Shown here in pieces: positions 38,853 to 46,742 of a stretch of DNA of 64,000 nucleotides (positions are counted from its first letter, which is position 1; the number at the start of each line of letters is the position of its first letter). The DNA comes from Deltaproteobacteria bacterium. Lineage in GTDB: Bacteria; Bdellovibrionota_B; Oligoflexia; Oligoflexales; Bog-1112. Both the position numbers and the translations under genes were made by a program. The stretch is from contig JACPKR010000004.1 of NCBI GenBank assembly GCA_016186945.1, positions 4,246-68,245 of the forward strand. Direction: 5' to 3'. The notes under the pieces are model-generated. The model searched no databases. It was not told the origin of the DNA and saw only the letters and a list, made by a program, of their open reading frames with translations.

Positions 38853-40073
38853 ATGCAAATCGGGCTGGAATGCCTGCTAGGCTCACCGGAAAAAATAAAA
38901 AATTGGGGAAAATGTGCGATCCTCTGCAATCAAGCCTCAGTAAGCAAAGACCTGCGTCATATTCTCCCCTTATTACAGGAAACGATGGGAAGCAAACTCG
39001 TCAAAATTTTCAGCCCTCAACACGGTCTTAGCTCTACAGTCCAGGACAATATGATCGAATCCGAGCATGGCAGAGATCCTCTTAGCGGCCTTCCCGTCTG
39101 GTCTTTATACTCCGAAAGTAGGCAACCCACCGAGGCAATGCTTGAAAACGTGGACACGATCATCATTGATTTGCAAATCGTGGGCTGCCGAGTCTATACC
39201 TTCAAGGCGACCATACGGGCCTGCCTAGAAGCTGCTAAACAGTGGGACAAGAAGGTCGTCGTCTTGGATCGCCCCAACCCCATCGGAGGGACCGTTTTAG
39301 AAGGTCGTTGCGTCGATAACAGTTATCGTTCCTTCGTTGCCCCTGATTTCATTCCCATGCGACATGGTTTGACGGCTGCGGAAGTTGCACGTTTTCTTAA
39401 TCAGGAAATCGGATGTGAACTCGACTGGGTTGGATTGAGAGACTGGGAACCTGAGATGGGATGGCCTTCCGATCGACCTTGGGTTCTGACCTCGCCCAAT
39501 CTGCCTACACTCGATGCAGTGACTGTTTACCCAGGAATGGTGCTGCTCGAAGGGACGAATCTGTCTGAGGGGAGAGGGACAGGTCTTCCCTTCCAACTCA
39601 TCGGATCTCCGTTCGTGGAAGATCCACATACCTTGGTCGGAGATATCTATAAATACTTCCCCATGACTCTCGCGGGTCTTCATCTGCGTCCAACCTGTTT
39701 CATGCCTACTTCTGGCAAATGGGCAAACGAAGTCTGCTACGGTCTCCAGATTCATGTTTTGAACCCCAGAGCCGTCAACAGCTTCTCCTTAGGTCTTGCG
39801 ATTATCCATTCCTGCATGTCCTTCACAGGATTCGCCTGGCGTCAGCCTCCCTACGAATATGAATACGAAAAACTGCCGATGTCTGTCATTCTTGGTTCTC
39901 CTGGCGTTGAGAAACATGTCAGAGACCTTAAGACCGACGATCCTTTCTGGGAAGAAGGGATAAAGCGGTTTATTGAAAGGTCATCCTCTTGTCTTCTTTA
40001 TGAACGGGTGAGGGTGCATGATCGACAGGCAAATTTTCAAGCAAACCCGCATTTTGAGTCGTTAGCTTTTTGA
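38853..40073 (+). CDS. DUF1343 family protein (NamZ/YbbC-like exo-muramidase family)
   Basis: AILCNQASV, FSPQHGL, GLPVWSLYSESRQPTEAML, VVVLDRPNPIGG and IPMRHGLTAAEVARF match the DUF1343 pattern as I remember it. Confidence 0.75.
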   Translation: MQIGLECLLGSPEKIKNWGKCAILCNQASVSKDLRHILPLLQETMGSKLVKIFSPQHGLSSTVQDNMIESEHGRDPLSGLPVWSLYSESRQPTEAMLENVDTIIIDLQIVGCRVYTFKATIRACLEAAKQWDKKVVVLDRPNPIGGTVLEGRCVDNSYRSFVAPDFIPMRHGLTAAEVARFLNQEIGCELDWVGLRDWEPEMGWPSDRPWVLTSPNLPTLDAVTVYPGMVLLEGTNLSEGRGTGLPFQLIGSPFVEDPHTLVGDIYKYFPMTLAGLHLRPTCFMPTSGKWANEVCYGLQIHVLNPRAVNSFSLGLAIIHSCMSFTGFAWRQPPYEYEYEKLPMSVILGSPGVEKHVRDLKTDDPFWEEGIKRFIERSSSCLLYERVRVHDRQANFQANPHFESLAF

Positions 40074-41487
40074 AGAGGGGAAGATCGGCAATTTTTTCAA
40101 AGTCCCTGTCGTGACGCGCAACGTCTTGTAAGGACGGATCAATCAGAATCGCTTTCTTTAAATGACTGAGGGCCAATTGTTGGAAGCCGCTCAATGAATA
40201 AATACACGCTTTGTTATAGAGCGCCACGGCATCCGTAGGGTCCAGCTGAATCGCTTGGTCGAAGAAATCCAGTGCATTGAGAAAATCTTCAAGATGGTAG
40301 AAAGATAATCCAACGGCGTTGTAATAAGCTGAGTTCCGAGGTTCAAGGACGATGGCTTTCTTATAGGAGTCAATCGCCCGGGTATGAAGTTTCAGCTCCT
40401 CCGAATAGACTTGGCCAAGGATAGCGTAAAACGCAGCGTTGCCTGGGAACTCACTGTTCACCACATCGCAAAATTCTTGGAGTCGGTCTATCTTTTTCAA
40501 GCTAACGAAGGCATTGACGGCGACTTTCAGAGTGTTGGTTTTGTCGGAACTTAGGTGAAGCGCCTGTATGAACTCCCGTGATGCGAGGTCAACTTGATTT
40601 CTCTTCACCGCTATCACACCTAGTTGACTATGAATGATGGATTTCACGACATCGGGAACACGATCTTGTAACGCCTGACGGAGTAGCGTTTCTGCCTTTT
40701 CATCTTGCTCTTTGAAGCGAGACAGGAAGATTCCGTAGTTGATCCTAAGTTCTGGTTCAGGGTTGTTAGGTGCCGTCAGAAGCTTCACATAGATAGCTTC
40801 TGTCTTGTCATACTCTTGCGTCTCGATAAAGCGGAGGGCTAGTGCCTGACTTGCGAGTGAGCTGTGAGTTGTCTCCTCAATTCTAATGAGAGCATCCTGA
40901 AGAGAGACTCCCTCAAGAGAATCAGCCATTAGACCAAGGAGGAATGGTAAGATCAGCCCTCGACTTTCGGGATAGACATTCGCAAGCGTTTCCAACTCGG
41001 ACAACGTGTTGCTCTCCTTCCCCATGCTTAACGCAAGGCTTATTTTGCTGAATTTCAGACGCCATGATTCCGTTGGCGCACTGTTAAGGATTTCTTTCGC
41101 GTTGTCACGTAGCCCCAGGGCTTCAAAAACATGCGAAAGCGCGACATACCCAAACTCAGTCTGAGGGTCAAGTTCTAACGCTTGCTGCGCAAGTTCCAGC
41201 GCTTTTTTCGCAAATTCCTCTTGCAAAGGCTGTAAGGAGAATTTGCGAATGAAAATGTGGGAGAGGATATAGTGAGCATAAGCTGAAGAAGGCTGCAGCT
41301 GAATCACCCGCACGACCTCATTTTCAAGTTCGGAAAGAAACTCGTCATGCTCTGTCCACGCTTTGATTTCAAGCTCGCTTAGTTTATCGGGCAACGAAAA
41401 AGCAACGGCAGAATAGAAGGCCGGGAAAAGCAGGAGAGATAAGCTAAGGAAGAATCTGCATAATTTCTTCGGTAATTTTGCAACCAT
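39970..41487 (-). CDS. Secreted/membrane-anchored TPR-repeat protein
   Basis: N-terminus MVAKLPKKLCRFFLSLSLLLFPAFYSAVAFS, followed by many TPR-like units (e.g. AYYNAVGLSFYHLEDFLNALDFFDQAIQLDP). The 3' end overlaps the convergent DUF1343 gene by 104 nt. Confidence 0.75.
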   Translation of the reverse strand: MVAKLPKKLCRFFLSLSLLLFPAFYSAVAFSLPDKLSELEIKAWTEHDEFLSELENEVVRVIQLQPSSAYAHYILSHIFIRKFSLQPLQEEFAKKALELAQQALELDPQTEFGYVALSHVFEALGLRDNAKEILNSAPTESWRLKFSKISLALSMGKESNTLSELETLANVYPESRGLILPFLLGLMADSLEGVSLQDALIRIEETTHSSLASQALALRFIETQEYDKTEAIYVKLLTAPNNPEPELRINYGIFLSRFKEQDEKAETLLRQALQDRVPDVVKSIIHSQLGVIAVKRNQVDLASREFIQALHLSSDKTNTLKVAVNAFVSLKKIDRLQEFCDVVNSEFPGNAAFYAILGQVYSEELKLHTRAIDSYKKAIVLEPRNSAYYNAVGLSFYHLEDFLNALDFFDQAIQLDPTDAVALYNKACIYSLSGFQQLALSHLKKAILIDPSLQDVARHDRDFEKIADLPLFKKLTTQNAGLLENLPVDHAPSPVHKEDKRMTFQ

Positions 41488-41591
41488 AAAATCTCCATTG
41501 TTATAATCGGCAAAAATTGTTTGATTTTCATAAAAAACATTTAAGATGCGGATTGTATTGATTAATTTCGGCTATTGCGTCTAAAGATACG

Positions 41592-41676
41592 GAAGGATTT
41601 CTTGGAGGAACCAGCTGCGCAGTTTCCTCCAAACCACCTCCTTGCAACAAGCGGGACCACCTCCTTGCCACAAGGC
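41592..41676 (+). repeat. Family A repeat copy (M3 with a duplicated ccacctccttgc tail) in a divergent intergenic region
   Basis: gaaggatttcTTGGAGGAAccagctgcgcagtTTCCTCCAAaccacctccttgcaacaagcgggaccacctccttgccacaagg. Confidence 0.85.
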
Positions 41677-41721
41677 TTGGGTAAACGTTTTAACTTCCGA
41701 TACGAAGTCGGGAGCATACCC

Positions 41722-44133
41722 TTGTTGAAGAGAATTCCCCAAATCATTCCCCTCGCTATCCTGTTTATGGGCTTTCTGTATGGACTCGTGCCATTATTCG
41801 AAATTCTGTTTGGGAAAAAAATCGAACAGCCAAACTCTGGCTATAGGGAACAGGACAGAAGTCGGGATGACTCTCTATTTGGGGAGCTTCTTCTGTCTAT
41901 TTTGAAAACGTACTACGTAGATGCTGCGAACATTCACTACGCAAGCTTACTGGTGCAGACTCTTATGAACCTTAATCAGAGTGGTGCTTACGGCTTTTCG
42001 GTTAGGGAGACGGGCAACTCTTTGATGATCGAGTGGGGAGAACGTGCGTTAGCAATGCCCAAGCCATCGGACGATGACGATTTGGAATTTACGCAACAGA
42101 TAGTGAAATTGATTGAGTTTCTAGAAAGCGAGAAGGAGGCGGAAGGAAAGAGCGGAAGCAATGTCATGTTTGATGTGTTCAGTGCGCTTACAGATTCATT
42201 TGACCCGCATACTAAGTTGATGTCGAAGGAGGAGTATAGGGAACTGAAGGAAGGGACAGAGGGGAGTTTCGGTGGCTTAGGGATTCTTGTCGGCATACGG
42301 GACAAAATGCTAACCGTGATGGAATCTCTTCCCCAGAGTCCTGCTGAGCGTGCAGGGATTAGGGAGCATGACAGAATATTGTCTATTGATGGAATGCCGA
42401 CGTTTGGATTGGGGTTACGCGATCTCATCAAGGTTATCAGGGGTGACCCTGGGTCGGAGATGGCCTTGCTTCTTCTCCGAGATAACTCCCTTGCTCCTCA
42501 GCGGGTCTTTGTTAAAAGGGAGCTTGTGGAGATGGATCCTGTCTCATCTCTAAGCCTTGAGTCGCCTGAAAAACAAAATGTCATCATGATGAAGATCGAA
42601 TCGTTCTCAGCGAAGACCTACTTAGAATTTCTCAATGAACTGAATTTAGCGATGATGAAAACAGAGGAAGTGGACGGACTGATCATCGACTTACGCTCCA
42701 ATCCTGGAGGCTTACTAGACCAAGCCGTGCGTATCGCTGACCTGTTCATCAGCAAGGGAACGATCGTGATGACCGAGGGGCAGACCGTTGAATCAGAGGT
42801 GGCGACGAAAGATGTCGTGCCTCTCTCGGTACCCATCGTTTTACTTGTCGACGAAAACACAGCCTCTGCAAGTGAAATACTGGCAGGAGCATTGCAGGAT
42901 CATGGAAAAGCGCTGGTCATAGGTCAGCCAAGTTTTGGAAAAGGGACAGTACAGACGGTGTTTGAACTTCCCAACGACCTTGCATTGAAACTTACCGTCG
43001 CTCGTTATTTCACGCCTAAGGCGCGCAAGATTCAGGATGTAGGCATCGTTCCTGACATATGGCTGCAGCCTGTCAGAAAAAATAGTGTCAACCTCAACCT
43101 CTTCGGAGATTTGCGCTATCGGAGAGAGAAGTTCCTCAGCCATCTTCGATACAAGAGCGGCGCCAATCCCTCCGACTTTGACCAGGGTGATGCCACCGAA
43201 ACGCCCTCGATTGCAAAAAGCTACTATTTAGACGATGGAGAAAGCCCACAGACTAGAGAACATGAAGTCGAACTCGCCCTTCATGTTATTGACAGCCTTA
43301 ACACCAGAGCGCCCTCGAGTCCAAGGCGCTCCTTGCTTTCAGGGATACGGAAAGTTCTAAGCAAATGGAACACAGAAGCGGATTCCTTTCTAAAGGAACA
43401 TTTTGCCATTCATTGGTTGAAGGAACCTCGCAGCCCGAGCATTAAACTTCGCATCGCGAATCTTTCGCTCGATCGAGCTAGCGTCTTCCCAGGAGAAGAT
43501 GTCCAATTGTACTACGAAGTGGTCAACGAGGGATCGCGCGATGCTGAACAAACGTCTCTATTTGTGCGCTCTTTCGACGAAGATACCGTCGAGGTACTCC
43601 TTGGAACGATTAGGAAAGGCGAGACGAATCGAGGCGTAGTGAAGGTTTCCATACCCTCGACTTGGGAAAAGCCTCTTGTGGATTATGAGACAGGTTTGGC
43701 TGTGGGAGCAGCGTACCTGCAAGGGTCGCTGAGGCCTATTCAAGTGGGGGTAAAGCACAAGGACCCTGCGATCCTCCTGGCCCAGAGCCAATTGATTGAG
43801 GAGAAGGGGGGAAGTCTCTCTGGTGTTCTGGAAGTTGCTGAGGCAGCAAAGCTCTTGATCACGGTCAGCAACTCAAGCGGGTTCCCGGTTGAGATCGAAG
43901 CTGTGGATCTGGTTAATCTGTCAGGGCGACAGATCATTGTAGGAGCAATCGATCAGCTTCGTCTGGGGCGTATTCCTCCTCACAGTAACAAGTTAGTGAC
44001 AGTGGAAATAGCTGCCTCCGCTCAACTTGAATCCGACGAGTTAAACCTCGGACTGTCCATAGAGAGCAGGGACTTGAAAGTGCCCTTTTTCAGAACCTTC
44101 GACATAAAGGCAGTCCCCGGTCGAAAAAGGTAA
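41722..44133 (+). CDS. S41 C-terminal processing peptidase (PDZ + S41) with a ~380-aa C-terminal extension
   Basis: PDZ region (GGLGILVG..ESLPQSPAERAGIREHDRILSIDG), S41 core (LIIDLRSNPGGLL, catalytic Ser in TASASEILAGAL, Lys in GQPSFGKGTVQ). The ORF-track start 41575 lies inside the family A repeat. The preferred start is TTG 41722 (GGGAG 7 nt upstream), giving M-LKRIPQIIPLAILFMGF. Confidence 0.85.
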   Translation: MLKRIPQIIPLAILFMGFLYGLVPLFEILFGKKIEQPNSGYREQDRSRDDSLFGELLLSILKTYYVDAANIHYASLLVQTLMNLNQSGAYGFSVRETGNSLMIEWGERALAMPKPSDDDDLEFTQQIVKLIEFLESEKEAEGKSGSNVMFDVFSALTDSFDPHTKLMSKEEYRELKEGTEGSFGGLGILVGIRDKMLTVMESLPQSPAERAGIREHDRILSIDGMPTFGLGLRDLIKVIRGDPGSEMALLLLRDNSLAPQRVFVKRELVEMDPVSSLSLESPEKQNVIMMKIESFSAKTYLEFLNELNLAMMKTEEVDGLIIDLRSNPGGLLDQAVRIADLFISKGTIVMTEGQTVESEVATKDVVPLSVPIVLLVDENTASASEILAGALQDHGKALVIGQPSFGKGTVQTVFELPNDLALKLTVARYFTPKARKIQDVGIVPDIWLQPVRKNSVNLNLFGDLRYRREKFLSHLRYKSGANPSDFDQGDATETPSIAKSYYLDDGESPQTREHEVELALHVIDSLNTRAPSSPRRSLLSGIRKVLSKWNTEADSFLKEHFAIHWLKEPRSPSIKLRIANLSLDRASVFPGEDVQLYYEVVNEGSRDAEQTSLFVRSFDEDTVEVLLGTIRKGETNRGVVKVSIPSTWEKPLVDYETGLAVGAAYLQGSLRPIQVGVKHKDPAILLAQSQLIEEKGGSLSGVLEVAEAAKLLITVSNSSGFPVEIEAVDLVNLSGRQIIVGAIDQLRLGRIPPHSNKLVTVEIAASAQLESDELNLGLSIESRDLKVPFFRTFDIKAVPGRKR

Positions 44134-44347
44134 TGCGTAAGCCACTTGGGGCAAGGAGGAGGGTTGGGGGGCGAGTGAAGCGTCGCCTCACCCAAGGAAT
44201 TCAGGGAGGAGCCTCCACTGTCATCCCGCGGCTTGACTGCGGGACCCAAACGGCCGCCTCCCCCGAAAAAGTTGGATCCCGCGGTCAAGCCGCGGGATGA
44301 CAGTAGTTTCCTCCCAACCACCTCCTTGCCCCAGTGGCTGACGCATT
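44132..44347 (+). repeat. Family A repeat, full-length copy (216 bp; M1-M2-partial M3) with ~27-bp terminal inverted repeats
   Basis: The left end is aatgcgtaagccacttggggcaaggagg. The reverse complement of the right end is aatgcgtcagccactggggcaaggagg. The central nested palindrome is tcatcccgcggcttgactgcggga...tcccgcggtcaagccgcgggatga. The left end overlaps the TAA stop of the peptidase gene. Confidence 0.9.
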
Positions 44348-44394
44348 GCGTCAAGTTGATTTTCTTCTGTCCGATGACAGGAGAGGAGGAGACG

Positions 44395-46101
44395 ATGCCC
44401 AAGGATGGGAAAATTGCCGTTATTGTTGGAACCCTTGATATTCCCAGAATCTTGCTTACCCTTCAGCCACTTGCGAGCCGTTTTTCCCTGACTCTCTTTG
44501 TTTTGGAAGGTGCAAAAATACCCGACAGTATCAGCAAGTTTTGCGAGGTTAGGATTTACCAGCATGTGGAAGACATGCCAGGTTTTATGCGAGGCTTGGA
44601 GAAAGAGGCTGCCCATTATGACTTATTGCTGGGCTTGGAAGGAGCGCGTTTAAGCACTTATCAGGCTTTGCAACTCAGCAAGCGGTTTGCTAAGCCACTG
44701 GTCATATTTTCGAGTGAGACTAAACCTCTGAAGGACGAACAGTTTAAGAATGTCCAATCTTTGCAGAAAGACCTCTTCAAAAACACAGATCTTTTTCTCG
44801 TTCCTTGTCAAAAATCTAAGAACCACCTTCTCTTTCAAGGCGTTTCAGCGGATAGAATCGCCAATGTTCCCCTCCTGGTCGATAGGGAAAGGTTTAGTCC
44901 CCAGTCAGGTTCCAAGGGGAAGTTTCGACGCTATATCGGTGTGGGGGAAGATGATTTTGTGGTTCTCTTTTACGACGACCTAGAAGCTAACCCGGCACCT
45001 GAGGCTTTGCTCAGAAGCCTGGTTCTGATGCGACAAAAGAACGCAGACCTTGCTGCCCGTATCAAAGTGATTTTTGCAGGTTGTGGGGCGGACGAAAAAA
45101 CCCTCAAGTATATGGCTTACGACTGGGGGGTGGGCGATGCAGTGTATTTCATTCATCAGGAGATTGATGGGTTTTGCGAGGATGTCTTTCTGGCGAGTGA
45201 CGCGCTGCTGTGTGCCCCAGGCCATGATAAAGATCGACTACCTCGGCTTCCTTTTGAAGTTTTGGAAGCTATGGCATGTGGGGTTATTCCTGTCGTCGTC
45301 CCTTCATCTTCAGTCAAGGACTTGGTGGGCGACTACGGAATGCTTGCCGATGATTTGTCCCCGACTTCTCTTGCTTTTGTATTATTTCAACTTGCTGGCG
45401 ATCGCTCCTTTCTCCTGGAGAAACGCGAGGTCTTGAGACGAGCGAGCTTCCTGGGTGAAGGAGGTGAATGGGTTGATCGCATCGGCAAACTTCTGTCTGT
45501 ACTAAAAAGAAGGGCGGGTGAGAATGACGAGAATGTTCGCAACTTCGTGGTGCAGATCCAAGGAGACCAGGTCAGTTCAATTCTCAAGCAGGCAGGCGTG
45601 GATGAGTTCATGAAGGCCCATGAGCTGACAGATAAGCAGAGAGGTCTTCTCCTGAGAACGAAAGCAGACATCTTGCACCAGAACGGTGAGCTGGAAGAAG
45701 CTATAGGTGCCTTTGAGTCAGCCATAATATGTGATGAAAAAAATGTAGATGCCTATGTCGGGCTAGGAACAATTGCATTGAGCAGTTTTGCCCAGGAGGA
45801 AGCTGTCACCTTCTTCCGTAAGGCTATCTCTTTTGACCCCGGAAATGCGAAGGCCGCTCTTGGTCTTGGATTGGTGTTCTTTCGTGCTGGCCTCGCCTCT
45901 GACTCGCTCTATTGGCTTGAACGTAGCCTGCTGAGTGGAGTGGCCAACTCCACGCTTCCTCTCAACACGATTTCACGAATATGCCGGGAGGCGAAAGATA
46001 TCGAGTGGGCCTTAGGAGCACTGGAGAAGATTATCGAGAATGTTGGGGAACAGGACTTGCTGATGCATAGCCTTCGAGATCTTCGTTTACGAAACGGTTG
46101 A
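44395..46101 (+). CDS. Glycosyltransferase (GT1/GT4-like) fused to C-terminal TPR repeats
   Basis: ATG 44395 follows GGAGGAG. GT-B C-terminal motif FEVLEAMACGVIPVVVPSSS. TPR units are present (AYVGLGTIALSSFAQEEAVTFFRKAISFDPGNAKA). ORF-track start 44233 lies inside the repeat and is rejected. Confidence 0.8.
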   Translation: MPKDGKIAVIVGTLDIPRILLTLQPLASRFSLTLFVLEGAKIPDSISKFCEVRIYQHVEDMPGFMRGLEKEAAHYDLLLGLEGARLSTYQALQLSKRFAKPLVIFSSETKPLKDEQFKNVQSLQKDLFKNTDLFLVPCQKSKNHLLFQGVSADRIANVPLLVDRERFSPQSGSKGKFRRYIGVGEDDFVVLFYDDLEANPAPEALLRSLVLMRQKNADLAARIKVIFAGCGADEKTLKYMAYDWGVGDAVYFIHQEIDGFCEDVFLASDALLCAPGHDKDRLPRLPFEVLEAMACGVIPVVVPSSSVKDLVGDYGMLADDLSPTSLAFVLFQLAGDRSFLLEKREVLRRASFLGEGGEWVDRIGKLLSVLKRRAGENDENVRNFVVQIQGDQVSSILKQAGVDEFMKAHELTDKQRGLLLRTKADILHQNGELEEAIGAFESAIICDEKNVDAYVGLGTIALSSFAQEEAVTFFRKAISFDPGNAKAALGLGLVFFRAGLASDSLYWLERSLLSGVANSTLPLNTISRICREAKDIEWALGALEKIIENVGEQDLLMHSLRDLRLRNG

Positions 46102-46732
46102 GGCAAGGAGGCGGTTTGGAGGAAACTGCGCAGCTGGTTCCTCCACTGTCATCCCGCGGCTTGACCGCGGGATCCAACTTTTTCGGGGGAGGCGGCCGTT
46201 GGATCCCGCGGTCAAGCCGCGGGATGACAGTGGAGGCTCCTCCCTGAATTCCGGGGGAGGCGACGCTTCCCTCGCCCTCCCCAAAAACCTCCCTCTCCCT
46301 TTTCGCCCTGCCGGTGGAACCAAATCCACCCATTCTCTTACCCAGACAGACCAAGTGTGGCAAGCGATAGCTCAACCCCAAGACGAGTTGGGCGATTCTG
46401 TCACCTGCCTTAACTTCGTAGGGTTTCGTGGAGACGTTCCACAATAAGACTTCAAATTCATCAGGAAAGTCGGCGTCCACTGTTCCTACTGCATTGGCAA
46501 GAGTGATGCCGTGTTTGAACGCCAAGCCGGAACGAGCGCGGACTTGAATTTCGGGAACGGCTCCTGCGGGAACGTTTTCCCAGTCCACGCGGTCAATCCA
46601 CACACCTGTGGGAACTTTCACAACCGCTCCCGGGGGAATGCTTGTCGTCACTCTTGCCTTGAGGTCTGCACCGGCACTGAGTTCGGTCTGATAAGCCGGT
46701 TCGCAATCAGCTTGCCATCTAAGAATGATCAT
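46031..46732 (-). CDS. dut: dUTP diphosphatase whose ORF reads through the family A repeat (about 85 extra C-terminal codons)
   Basis: The dUTPase motifs AGADL, RSGLAFKHGI, GTVDADFPDE and the terminal motif V (RMGGFGSTGR) all lie within the first ~148 aa. The rest (AKREREVFGEGEGSVASPGIQGGASTVIPRLDRGIQ...) is a translation of repeat 46308-46102. Confidence 0.88.
   Translation of the reverse strand: MIILRWQADCEPAYQTELSAGADLKARVTTSIPPGAVVKVPTGVWIDRVDWENVPAGAVPEIQVRARSGLAFKHGITLANAVGTVDADFPDEFEVLLWNVSTKPYEVKAGDRIAQLVLGLSYRLPHLVCLGKRMGGFGSTGRAKREREVFGEGEGSVASPGIQGGASTVIPRLDRGIQRPPPPKKLDPAVKPRDDSGGTSCAVSSKPPPCLNRFVNEDLEGYASASPVPQHSR
46102..46308 (-). repeat. Family A repeat, full-length copy (207 bp; M3-M2-M1 on the plus strand), inverted relative to 44132-44347
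   Basis: It starts ggcaaggaggcggtttGGAGGAAactgcgcagctggTTCCTCC. Perfect 36-bp inverted arms lie at 46143-46178 / 46198-46233 around a 19-nt spacer. It ends ...cctccctctcccttttcgccc. The central ~110 bp differ from the 44132 copy by 2 substitutions and 1 indel. Confidence 0.9.
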
Positions 46733-46742
46733 CGGCGTGGGG

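Noticed and set aside
39970-40073. A 104-nt convergent overlap of the DUF1343 and TPR genes, and a 65-nt overlap of the RHH and PPTase genes at 35729-35793
   Set aside because: In both cases the overlapping parts are non-conserved tails beyond the recognisable domains. Stop-codon-poor sequence is the simplest explanation, and nothing suggests a functional antisense arrangement.
44150-44175. G-quadruplex potential of the M1 module (gggagaggggggtttgggggg and variants)
   Set aside because: The G-runs are present, but loop arrangement varies between copies (e.g. ggaggagggttgggggg) and I cannot evaluate folding here. This is no stronger than a composition effect.
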